Assembly (NCBI GenBank): GCA_965263355.1
Contig: CBDHHL010000056.1
Location: 1,824,001-1,888,000 of the forward strand
Reading direction: 5' to 3'
DNA length: 64,000 nt
DNA from: Leptolyngbyaceae cyanobacterium
GTDB lineage: Bacteria > Cyanobacteriota > Cyanobacteriia > Phormidesmidales > Phormidesmidaceae
The number at the start of each line of letters is the position of its first letter. Position 1 is the stretch's first letter. Of the stretch, positions 39,112-48,555 are shown one piece after another. The position numbers and the translations under genes are program-made. The notes beneath the pieces were generated by a model, which saw only the letters and a list, made by a program, of their open reading frames with translations, was not told where the DNA came from and searched no databases.

Positions 39112-40335
39112 ATGATGAGGCTGTTTTTTAGGCCGTTTAGAAGTATCCAGTGTTTGACCCTGTGCCTGGGAAGCTTAGGGGGACTAGGCTATAGTGCAAA
39201 TGCTCAAACTATAAGTATGCAGGGTTGGTCAATTGTGGACCGTTCTGAGTCTTTGGGCTCTGTTGAGGAAGCAAATGACCAAGTAGCAACTGCTTGGGTT
39301 GATTCAATCAATGATGAAATATCAAGTTTTTCTGTATCTGCGTCCGATTTGAGACCACAAGACTTAGACAAGTGTGAATGCCAACTGCAAAATTCGCAGA
39401 TAACCTTGACTAAACGATCTGCAGGCATTGATATCAGTCTGGACATTGACGAGGATGAGGAGCCAGAGTCGATCCGAGAGCAAAAGACTGATGATGATGA
39501 TGATGACATTGATGACGAGCTAGGTATTTTGCGGTTGCGATCGCAACCCGTCGGCATCGATAGCGAGTTAGGGTTATTACGCATTCGTTCGACTGAGGAT
39601 GTTCCCCTAGAGGTCGATCCAGAGCCTACACGTCAGACCACCGTCTTTTTAACGGGACGCACCAATGTCTATGGGGGAAACAACCTATTTCGGACCCCAA
39701 ACCCCATTGATGATCGGATCTATCAAGTCGGTGTAGGTATATTTGCCTTTCCTCGGTTATCTGACAGGACTAATCTGGTTTTAAGTGCCGAAGCTAATTT
39801 GGCCCGATACGAAGACTTGTCTGTAGTCGACTATAACGAACTGCAGTTTCAGGCCGGTATTCGTCAGCGTTTAAGCAAAAGAAGTTATGGACAACTCAAT
39901 TGGCGTTACCAAGATCTCAGCACTCCTGGTAGGGATTCATTTTTTACAGCCGACTACATAGAGTTACTGCTTAGTAGGCGTGATATCCTCAGCAACCGCA
40001 CTTGGCTTGACTCTTATTACCAAGCCCGTTTAAGCATGAGCGATCCGCAATCGTTCAGTCGTTTTACCCAGATCGGTACAGCATCTCTCAACTATGGTTT
40101 CGATGCCCAAACTCGGGCAAGTTTGCTATACCAAATATTTATCGACGACTATACACAAATACGACGACATGATACTTATCATCAGGTCATAGCCCAGGTT
40201 AGCCATGAACTATCGAGTACCACTAGACTGAGCCTATTTACCGGATTTCGGTTTGGCCGTTCATCCTTATCCACAATCAATTTTGATGACACAATTTATG
40301 GAGCTAGTGTCAATGTAAATTTACCTCTCTTCTAA
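39112..40335 (+). CDS. Outer-membrane beta-barrel protein with acidic N-terminal region
   Basis: Signal peptide; alternating aromatic/hydrophobic strands; C-terminal ..YGASVNVNLPLF (terminal Phe). Confidence 0.78.
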   Translation: MMRLFFRPFRSIQCLTLCLGSLGGLGYSANAQTISMQGWSIVDRSESLGSVEEANDQVATAWVDSINDEISSFSVSASDLRPQDLDKCECQLQNSQITLTKRSAGIDISLDIDEDEEPESIREQKTDDDDDDIDDELGILRLRSQPVGIDSELGLLRIRSTEDVPLEVDPEPTRQTTVFLTGRTNVYGGNNLFRTPNPIDDRIYQVGVGIFAFPRLSDRTNLVLSAEANLARYEDLSVVDYNELQFQAGIRQRLSKRSYGQLNWRYQDLSTPGRDSFFTADYIELLLSRRDILSNRTWLDSYYQARLSMSDPQSFSRFTQIGTASLNYGFDAQTRASLLYQIFIDDYTQIRRHDTYHQVIAQVSHELSSTTRLSLFTGFRFGRSSLSTINFDDTIYGASVNVNLPLF

Positions 40336-40344
40336 AGGATGTTA

Positions 40345-41412
40345 CTAATGGGAAACTGCTGATAAATGTGGTTCTACAGTAACCGCTAGCTGTTCTAGCA
40401 TAAGCTGAGTCGCTTCAAAATCTACACAGGCATCAGTGATGCTCTGACCATAGACAAGATCGTCCAAATTCTCAGGAATCGGCTGACGCCCTGCTTTAAT
40501 ATGGCTTTCAATCATCACTCCCAGCATATGCCGAGAACCTGTTTTCAGCTGTTCTGACACGTTTGCCAAAACCACAGCTTGTTGCTGATGCTGTTTATTA
40601 GCATTGGCATGGCTACAGTCAACCATCAAGCGAGGGTTGAGACCCGCTTTAGAGAGTTGTTCCACAGCCTGTTCGACACTTGCTGCGTCATAATTTGGCC
40701 CACTTTTACCCCCACGCAACACCAGATGACCATCTGGATTGCCAGTTGTTGCCACGATGCTAGCTAAACCACTGTGGTTAATTCCCAGAAAATGATGGGC
40801 GCGACTAGCCGCCAACATGGCATTAGTGGCTGCCTGTAAACTACCGTCGGTACTATTCTTAAACCCGATGGGCATGGATAGACCTGATGCCATTTCTCGA
40901 TGGGTCTGACTCTCAGTCGTACGAGCCCCTATGGCGGTCCAAGAAATAACATCGGCAATATACTGAGGAGTGATGGGATCCAACAGTTCTGTCGCTGCTG
41001 GCAAACCCATTTCCGCCAGATCAATCAATAACTGGCGAGCTAATCGCAAACCCTGATTGATGTCATAGCTACCATCTAAGTGGGGGTCGTTGATCAGCCC
41101 CTTCCAACCAATGTTAGTCCGGGGCTTTTCGAAATAAACCCGCATTACAATTTCCAACTGATCTGCTAAAGCCTTTCTAAGCTTGACTAGCCGCTGTCCA
41201 TAGTCATGGGCAGCCTCGACATCATGTACAGAGCAAGGACCTACAATCACTAATAGACGACGATCCTCGTTATAGAGAATATTACGGATGCGATCGCGAG
41301 TTTCAGCCACTAAAGCCGCAGCCGATTGAGTTAAAGGTAGTTCTGCATGAAGCAGGGCGGGGCTGATCAGTGGTCGGGTTTCAACCACATGTAAATCTTG
41401 CGTTTGATGCAT
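40345..41412 (-). CDS. aroF: 3-deoxy-7-phosphoheptulonate (DAHP) synthase, class I-alpha
   Basis: GPCSVHD, RVYFEKPRT, IGARTTESQTHRE and DCSHAN. Confidence 0.93.
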   Translation of the reverse strand: MHQTQDLHVVETRPLISPALLHAELPLTQSAAALVAETRDRIRNILYNEDRRLLVIVGPCSVHDVEAAHDYGQRLVKLRKALADQLEIVMRVYFEKPRTNIGWKGLINDPHLDGSYDINQGLRLARQLLIDLAEMGLPAATELLDPITPQYIADVISWTAIGARTTESQTHREMASGLSMPIGFKNSTDGSLQAATNAMLAASRAHHFLGINHSGLASIVATTGNPDGHLVLRGGKSGPNYDAASVEQAVEQLSKAGLNPRLMVDCSHANANKQHQQQAVVLANVSEQLKTGSRHMLGVMIESHIKAGRQPIPENLDDLVYGQSITDACVDFEATQLMLEQLAVTVEPHLSAVSH

Positions 41413-41583
41413 AACAGAGGAAAAATCGCGATTGAAAGCTATCAAAATTTCAGATCCAAACAAGGTATCCGTAAGAATGACCTGGAATAATGGAGCTTGT
41501 ATCTATTGTGACAGGTCTTGAACGTAACCAGTGTAACCTCAAGGATTAGTTAGGAGTTTCTGTAAAACACGGTAGGCCTAACG

Positions 41584-41883
41584 TTAACTGTCCAAACTGG
41601 ATAAGCGTTGGGCAAATTCCACCCAGCTGATCTGTCGTTCCAGGTAGTTAGGCCGATCAGGATGATAAGGCCCGACAAGACGATCAATTCCATTAATCAC
41701 TGCATCATCAGGCAGAACTGATACATCTGGGTCGGCAGCAGTTGATCGCATTAAGGAACTAGAAAATCCCCTAAATATTAAGATTTCATCAGACTCTCCA
41801 TCTACCTCAGCGGCTACCAATAAAACTTCTTGAGGATGTTGCAGCGTATATTGCTCAAGCTGTTTCTCAATGGAGACTACCAT
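41584..41883 (-). CDS. Conserved cyanobacterial/plant hypothetical protein
   Basis: LEQYT..EVLLV, IFRGFSSSLM and IDRLVGPY. Confidence 0.8.
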   Translation of the reverse strand: MVVSIEKQLEQYTLQHPQEVLLVAAEVDGESDEILIFRGFSSSLMRSTAADPDVSVLPDDAVINGIDRLVGPYHPDRPNYLERQISWVEFAQRLSSLDS

Positions 41884-41886
41884 AAC

Positions 41887-42483
41887 TTACTGATTCAGTG
41901 CTGACCGCCCCTGTCGTCCCAGTCTTACAAACACAAAATAACTAAGAGTGAGCACATAGATGACTAACGCTAAAATTGCCCAGAAACCTAAGAAGCCTGG
42001 TGTAAACCCAGCATGAAAAGACTGTCTAAATAATCTTGGAGCCTCTAACCACACCTGGCAGCTCTCGCTAGCAAAGACAACCCTCGAAAAACCACAGCGC
42101 AAAAATGGAAGCTGAAAGAGCAAACCCAAACCACAGTAAAACGTTAGCGCCCAGCGCCAGGCAGTGAATAACAGCTTTAAAGGTGAAAATGGCTGCTCCC
42201 GGATTTCTTCATTAAGATCAGCCCAAAACCATAGAGATATGGGCATTATTACCCGTGCCATCGCAGCCGTTAAAAAGCTGAAAGGTAATCCTGCAATCAT
42301 TAGATATAAAGTAATTACCAACAGACTGGACACCTTCCAGTAGATCACCAGCTGCTGCTGTAATATCTCAGCTCGAGCCACCAAGCCCCAAACCAAAATC
42401 ACTAAGGGCAATAGAACTGTAAACACCACGGCCAAGCGGTAATCCGTCCAAACCAATGACTGTAGTAATTCAGAACTCGGCAT
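41887..42483 (-). CDS. DUF3177 family membrane protein
   Basis: LVWTDYRLAV, IYWKVSSLL and SLWFWADLNEE. Confidence 0.88.
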   Translation of the reverse strand: MPSSELLQSLVWTDYRLAVVFTVLLPLVILVWGLVARAEILQQQLVIYWKVSSLLVITLYLMIAGLPFSFLTAAMARVIMPISLWFWADLNEEIREQPFSPLKLLFTAWRWALTFYCGLGLLFQLPFLRCGFSRVVFASESCQVWLEAPRLFRQSFHAGFTPGFLGFWAILALVIYVLTLSYFVFVRLGRQGRSALNQ

Positions 42484-42575
42484 AAAAAAGAATTATGGCG
42501 CTTCATTAAAACGCTCTCTAGATTAACATCACAGGTCGCAAGATAGAGAGCACCCGCCCTAATATCCATCTAAGG

Positions 42576-42618
42576 TATTGGGGCCGAGTTCCTTTACATA
42601 AGCAACTCGGCCCCAATA
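42576..42618. terminator. Inverted repeat downstream of cp12
   Basis: TATTGGGGCCGAGTT ... AACTCGGCCCCAATA, 15-bp stem. Confidence 0.75.
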
Positions 42619-42686
42619 TACCCAATGTGATTAATACTTTCGGCTTCACAATGTGAAATCAGTCTGAAAATGCCTAAATCAGAAGG

Positions 42687-42911
42687 TTAGTCCTCATAAA
42701 TACGGCACTCGTCTGCCTCAGGATTTTCATCACAGTACGTTTCAAAGTTGGTCTTGGGCTTAGCAGATTCGCGCTGATGTGACGCCTCAGCTTGAAGCTC
42801 TTCAACAGCATCCCAAGCCGCAGCACAATTTTCAGAGTCGCTGCCATCAGTACTGCAGACATCGCGAGCTGCTTTAATTTCTTTAGAGATTGTTTCTTGA
42901 ATATCGCTCAT
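42687..42911 (-). CDS. cp12: Calvin cycle protein CP12 (canonical, both Cys pairs)
   Basis: C..CAAAWDAVEEL and YCDENPEADECRIYED. Confidence 0.97.
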   Translation of the reverse strand: MSDIQETISKEIKAARDVCSTDGSDSENCAAAWDAVEELQAEASHQRESAKPKTNFETYCDENPEADECRIYED

Positions 42912-43350
42912 AGCTTTAGTTATCTACCTTGATTTTCAACAAAGTATTGAACTTGATAGGACGCTAACAGCTAAACTTAGTGGCCTGCTTAGAGTTTCCA
43001 CCAAAACTAACTTAGCGCTGGAGAGGTTTACATCTCTATGGTAGCCCCGGTTCTTTAAAACTCGTTGTATCTAAAGAAGCATTTTGTAATTGCTAGACCT
43101 GCTCCGCAGTCAAGGTATGCTTGAAAGTCATGTCATGTACAAATGATTATCCTTAATAAGTAACGGTAACGCCCTGTTTGATGAAATGCTGACTTTAGCA
43201 TAGACATATCGCTTGAAGTGTTTGCCAATTTCTAAACCATGTGTCAGTAGCTACCGGGTATTTCGTCTACGCCAGAATGCTTGGGGCTAGACTGTTAGTA
43301 TTTGATTGACCTTCAGAGTATTGAGTTTGCTATCATCGCCACAAAACGCT

Positions 43351-44592
43351 ATGAAATGGGCCAGTGCCGTCTCTACCCATCCTTCACTAGAGTTAGCACT
43401 ACGGGAGGTGATTGAGCGGGTTTTAACCCAGCTAGAAGCGGCACCTAATTTAGCAATTATTTTTATTTCGTCTGCTTTTGCCAGTGAATATTCCCGTGTT
43501 TTGCCTCTGCTTAAGGGCCCTTTGGGGGGAGCCCATATTATTGGTTGTAGTGGCAGCGGCGTCATTGGTCGAACCGCTGTAGGACATCTAATTGAGGTTG
43601 AAGAGACTGCAGGTATTAGTCTAACGGTGGCCTCCCTGCCTGATGTCTACATTCAGGGATTTCATTTGTCTATTGACGAACTGCCTGATTTAGATAGTCC
43701 CCCCAGCGAATGGACTAAAATTATCGGGGTATCACCGGCTGACAAACCTCATTTTCTTTTGATGGCAGATCCATTTGCCTCTGGTATGAACGACCTTTTG
43801 CAGGGCTTGGATTTTGCCTATCCGGAGTCAGTTAAAGTGGGTGGTCTAGCAGGTATCGAAAGCATTAGCCGCAGTTGCGGTCTATTTTGTGGGCAACAGC
43901 TCTACCGACAGGGAGTGATCGGTATTGCCCTATCTGGCAATATTATTATTGATACGATCGTAGCTCAGGGATGCCGACCCATAGGTCCTACATTTCGAGT
44001 GGTTGAAGGGGACCGCAATGTAGTGACTAAAGTAGCAGCTCAAGCCTCTCAGAATGAAGCCGATGCTCAGACACCCTTGGAAGCACTACAAGCACTTTTC
44101 CAAGATTTAGATGAAACTGATCGCCAGCTGGCTCAAGAATCATTATTTATTGGCTTAGCCCAAAGTAGTTTCAAGCAGGCACTGGGCCAAGGAGATTTTC
44201 TAATTCGTAACCTGGTAGGCGTAGATCCTAAGATAGGTGCTATTGCCATTGCCGATCGAATTCGCCCTGGTCAACGGATTCAGTTTCATCTACGAGATGC
44301 CCAAACGGCAAAGGAAGAGCTGAGAGCACTGCTAGAAACCTATCGCCTAAATAATCAAGAGCAATTGGCTCCTGCCGGGGCATTGCTATTTGCTTGTAGT
44401 GGTCGGGGTAGTAGTTTATTTGATACTCCCAATTGCGACACAGAGCAATTTAGTCAGCAGTTAGGGCCACTACCGCTGGGTGGTTTTTTCTGTAATGGTG
44501 AAATCGGCCCGGTTGGGAAAACGACTTTTTTACATGGATTTACTTCAGTTTTTGGTATTTGCCGGGAGTTAGAGCGCTCAACGCTGGATTAA
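43351..44592 (+). CDS. FIST domain protein
   Basis: VAQGCRPIG, FLIRNLVG, QFHLRDA and GFFCNGEIGP..LHGFT. Confidence 0.92.
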   Translation: MKWASAVSTHPSLELALREVIERVLTQLEAAPNLAIIFISSAFASEYSRVLPLLKGPLGGAHIIGCSGSGVIGRTAVGHLIEVEETAGISLTVASLPDVYIQGFHLSIDELPDLDSPPSEWTKIIGVSPADKPHFLLMADPFASGMNDLLQGLDFAYPESVKVGGLAGIESISRSCGLFCGQQLYRQGVIGIALSGNIIIDTIVAQGCRPIGPTFRVVEGDRNVVTKVAAQASQNEADAQTPLEALQALFQDLDETDRQLAQESLFIGLAQSSFKQALGQGDFLIRNLVGVDPKIGAIAIADRIRPGQRIQFHLRDAQTAKEELRALLETYRLNNQEQLAPAGALLFACSGRGSSLFDTPNCDTEQFSQQLGPLPLGGFFCNGEIGPVGKTTFLHGFTSVFGICRELERSTLD

Positions 44593-44628
44593 ACCGGCAG
44601 CTACACGCAAGCGACGGTTGAAAGTGCC

Positions 44629-45189
44629 TTATTTTGTCGAGTTATCAGATAAATCCCTAACAGTTAAAGCCAGTTCGAATAATGTGCCTTGGGGTAGGGC
44701 TTTGATATACTGCCATGCTTCTTGCAACTGCTGACGCCCCGTAGAGGTGCTTAACTGGCTAAGGCTGCCTAGGAGGGCGATTGCGATCGCACAAACCAAT
44801 GTCTGATAAAATTTCTGTGATAGTAGAATCTCCCACGGTTGTGGCAGTGGAGACGGTGTCTGCAAAGGTGGCTGAGCTGGAACGGGTGCAGTGCGAATAG
44901 CCTGACGAAGCATTAGCAATCGCTGATACATTTGCTGAGTATTTGAATCATCCATCAACCACTGAGCAACAAGCTGCCGCTCCTCAGCAGTCACCTCATC
45001 ATCTAAATAAGCGCTTAGCAACTCAAAACGAGCTTCGTCATCATCCACAGCCGCAGATGCCCTAAGCCCAGAAGCCTCAATTAATGAAGCGTCAGAACAA
45101 TCGCTATCGTTATGCTGTGGCAATTCCGCTACAGGCTCACGATCACAAGACGAATTAGGCTTATGAGGTTGAGTGTGATCAAATGACAT
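44629..45189 (-). CDS. Cyanobacterial anti-sigma factor-like membrane protein
   Basis: RFELLSAYLDDEVTAEERQLV..W..YQRLL motif plus one TM helix. Confidence 0.75.
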   Translation of the reverse strand: MSFDHTQPHKPNSSCDREPVAELPQHNDSDCSDASLIEASGLRASAAVDDDEARFELLSAYLDDEVTAEERQLVAQWLMDDSNTQQMYQRLLMLRQAIRTAPVPAQPPLQTPSPLPQPWEILLSQKFYQTLVCAIAIALLGSLSQLSTSTGRQQLQEAWQYIKALPQGTLFELALTVRDLSDNSTK

Positions 45190-45688
45190 AACGTTTGGGC
45201 TCTAATCTACCAGTAACACGGGCATTAAAAGCTTTAGCTTTAAGCGGTCTACTCACAATGTCTGTTTAAGGCTACGCTTCTACCTGCATAGGTCAAGGAG
45301 AGTTAGCTGAAAAACAGACAAGCTAGTGCCTAAAGAAACGCCTAAACCAGTGCACTTTAGATCTCAGACGTTGGGCTTAGCAAAAAGTATCCGGAACGCA
45401 AAGACTTTTTTGATGGATTTTAAATCATATTTACAAGGTAACCGCAGCATCCACCAAAATTTGGCTTGATTGAGCTTTCAGTTTAAAGCAACCTCACGAT
45501 CCCATCAGCATGGATTGATGTAATCAACCGTCAATATGGTCCAAGCGTTACCTTTACCACAGAAACTGTCGATTTTGTGTCGCTTTATACAAGCTATATA
45601 GGAAATCTTGACGAACCTCCCCGACAGAGCAGATAAACGGCGTAGGGGGTAAGGGTATACTAGGTTTTAGCCGTTTGCTTATCAAACC

Positions 45689-46132
45689 ATGCAGCACTTG
45701 GCCAAGGTTTGCCACACAACGTCTGAGGGCGCGCTCGTTTTACAGTTTCTGGCGCGTCAGCTCGAAGACTATCTATGGGAACTGTCGATTGGTGATCAAG
45801 AGATTTTATCTACATTACCTATAACGTTCAACGAAGGCACCCTGGTCTTAGTGGAACTGGATGCATCCAATCAAGTCGTTGAAATCCAAGAAGCAACAGA
45901 TTGGGTCTTAGATCTAGTATCTCAATTTTTAACCCAGGGGGTTACCCCTCAATTTTTTCATCAGGAAGTTGAAAGAGCTGAGCAATGGCGTCAGTCCCTA
46001 ACGCTCCAGAGTCAAGAAATTCGGCGTCGTGCCCTTGAAACCGCTGCTCGACGTGATGAAATTCAGGCGTTAGAAAAAAAACTACGACTAGAGCAAGAAG
46101 AGCTTGAACGGCAGAACGAGACTCATTCCTAA
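45689..46132 (+). CDS. Conserved cyanobacterial hypothetical coiled-coil protein
   Basis: EGTLVLVEL and EVERAEQWRQSLTLQSQE. Confidence 0.8.
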   Translation: MQHLAKVCHTTSEGALVLQFLARQLEDYLWELSIGDQEILSTLPITFNEGTLVLVELDASNQVVEIQEATDWVLDLVSQFLTQGVTPQFFHQEVERAEQWRQSLTLQSQEIRRRALETAARRDEIQALEKKLRLEQEELERQNETHS

Positions 46133-46224
46133 GTGCCTGAGAGCATGGATACGAGATAGGTTGGCAACGTCTAAGTTTCCTCAAAAGTTAAGACTTTTCC
46201 TATCTCAGTTATCTGTAATCTACA

Positions 46225-48198
46225 CTATGCCGATTTTTGAGCAGGCAAGAGAGGCTTATTCTCAATCGATTGGGATGGGCTCGTTGTTGCTGGCAAAAAT
46301 ATGGAACGCAGCAGCCTAGCGGCGGCTCTCTGAGCCAAGTTACGAGCTACACGCTGCCCCATTTGGCGCGTTTCAGGTTTTGCTAAGACTTGAGGTACCA
46401 GCCTAGCAACGGCACCACCACTCATGCCCTTTGTTTCTCCTAAGATGCCAACAATGCGGCTGATATGCTCCCAGTCTTTTGACACTTTACCTGATGAAAC
46501 CTCAGGCGGTCTGGCGGGTTCATTGCTAATGGCTGTTTGTATTCGCTGAACTAAGCTATAACCAAATTGATCTAGACTTTTTGCCATTTCATCAGCAATA
46601 TGATCACGAATATAATCACCACGCTCTGAAAATAGATAGTCAATCGTCTGTTGCAAGACCTTTTCCAAATCATAATCTTGACTAGAACGGGCATTTCGTA
46701 GCAAATTTTCCAACCGATTCCAACGAAAATCACCGTCTTTGAAAAGTAACTCCTGAAGGGACTGACGTAGCTCGGGAGAAGGATCGGTTAGCAATCGTTT
46801 TGCCACGTAGGGATAGGCTTTGCTCAATACCTTAAAATCCGGATCAACACTAATGGCAATACCATCTAAGGTTACGAGGGAGCGGATGATTAAAGCATAA
46901 TAAGCTGGTACCCGAAAGGGGTATTCATACATTAGAGAGGAAAACTCATCGGTAATGCTTTTGAGATTGAGTTCTGCGACCGAAGCTCCCAATGCATTAC
47001 TAAAAACCGTTGCCAATGCTGGAATAATTGGGCTTAAGTCTGTCTCAGGAGTGAGAAATTCCAACTTGACATAATCATCCGCTAGACCTTCAAAATCACG
47101 ATTGACCATATGAACAATCGCTTCTATTAGACCATAGCGTTGATAGCTTTCGACGGTGCACATCATACCGAAATCCAGGTAAGCTAGTTTACCGTCATCG
47201 GTCACTAGCAAATTTCCGGGATGGGGATCAGCATGAAAAAACCCATGCTCCAAAAGCTGCCTGAGGGAACATTGCACCCCAATTTCAACAATATCAGTGG
47301 CCTTTAATCCTTTGGCTTGAAGGATGTCTGGTTCGGTCAGTTTGGTGCCATTGATCCACTCCATCGTCAATACTCGGCGAGCGGTCAGTTCAGTGTAGAT
47401 TTTTGGAACAATAATGTTTGGAATATAACCATAAAGGGATTCAAACCGTTGGGCATTTTCACCTTCATGGGTGTAATCCATCTCCTCAAAAATGCGTGTA
47501 CCAAACTCATCCATAATACTGACCAAGTCACTACGCACCACGGTTAAGTTATTGCATGCCCATTGAGCTAAGCGACGTAGAAGATAAATATCGCGAGTAA
47601 TTTGTGCGGTTAGCCCCGGTCGCTGCACCTTAATGGCTACATCCTCACCCGTTTTAAGCTTGCCTTTGTAAACCTGGCCTAAGGAAGCGGCTGCGACAGG
47701 GTTAGGCGAAATCTCTGCATAGATATTGGTGGGAGTTTGTCCCAAATCTGCTTGGATTAAGCGAAATGCAATTTCGTTGGAAAAGGGTGGAATTTGGTCC
47801 TGCAACTTGACTAGTTCTGCCATAAACGCAGGAGGAACTAGGTCGGGTCGTGTTGATAACGCTTGACCAATTTTGATGTAAGCAGGTCCTAGCTCAGTGA
47901 GAACTTCCCTTAGCTGCACAGCACGCTTAGGCTCATTGCTAGCTTGACTGCCAGTTTGCCGGTCCCATAATAACCCCAAGCCAAGCCCGAGGAATTTCCA
48001 TGCCAGCTCTAACAAACGTAGAATAATTTGTAGTGGACGAGAGCGATAGTATTGTGCGATCGCAATCGGGTCATAGGTCAGCAACTCATCCACAGACATG
48101 ACTGGAGATACCGGGCGGTCATTCGATCTGGCAGAGGCTGGCGCAGCATACATAGTTAATATCCTTGCTAAATAAGACATTTCAATAAGTATGGCCAT
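46225..48198 (-). CDS. AarF/ABC1/UbiB family kinase
   Basis: LGPAYIKIGQALSTRPD, AAASLGQVY, HADPHPGN and LDFG; start may be further downstream. Confidence 0.94.
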   Translation of the reverse strand: MAILIEMSYLARILTMYAAPASARSNDRPVSPVMSVDELLTYDPIAIAQYYRSRPLQIILRLLELAWKFLGLGLGLLWDRQTGSQASNEPKRAVQLREVLTELGPAYIKIGQALSTRPDLVPPAFMAELVKLQDQIPPFSNEIAFRLIQADLGQTPTNIYAEISPNPVAAASLGQVYKGKLKTGEDVAIKVQRPGLTAQITRDIYLLRRLAQWACNNLTVVRSDLVSIMDEFGTRIFEEMDYTHEGENAQRFESLYGYIPNIIVPKIYTELTARRVLTMEWINGTKLTEPDILQAKGLKATDIVEIGVQCSLRQLLEHGFFHADPHPGNLLVTDDGKLAYLDFGMMCTVESYQRYGLIEAIVHMVNRDFEGLADDYVKLEFLTPETDLSPIIPALATVFSNALGASVAELNLKSITDEFSSLMYEYPFRVPAYYALIIRSLVTLDGIAISVDPDFKVLSKAYPYVAKRLLTDPSPELRQSLQELLFKDGDFRWNRLENLLRNARSSQDYDLEKVLQQTIDYLFSERGDYIRDHIADEMAKSLDQFGYSLVQRIQTAISNEPARPPEVSSGKVSKDWEHISRIVGILGETKGMSGGAVARLVPQVLAKPETRQMGQRVARNLAQRAAARLLRSIFLPATTSPSQSIENKPLLPAQKSA

Positions 48199-48555
48199 AG
48201 AACTTGGGAGCCCTAGCCATAACGTTTGTCAGTAACCAAACTAGGGTCCCAACCATATCCCACCGTATATTAAATATTGTAACAAGCAGATGCTTTTAGA
48301 ACGCCTCTGCTCAGCCAATATTATCCGTAGCAATGTTTCCGCTGAACTTAAACCACGTCCAAGTTGAAACTTTTAGGTTCTTCTACGGAAAAACGACCAT
48401 TCTGAATACGGACAAGGTTTAATTTCCACAGTAAAAAATCCACAGTAAAATTGATTAGCTCACCGTCCGAGTAATGCTGTTATTTGGCTGTCCAACACTG
48501 TGCTTTGGCTTAGTCACATTTGTCTGAAAACGATTACACCCAGGAGGCAATGGCC

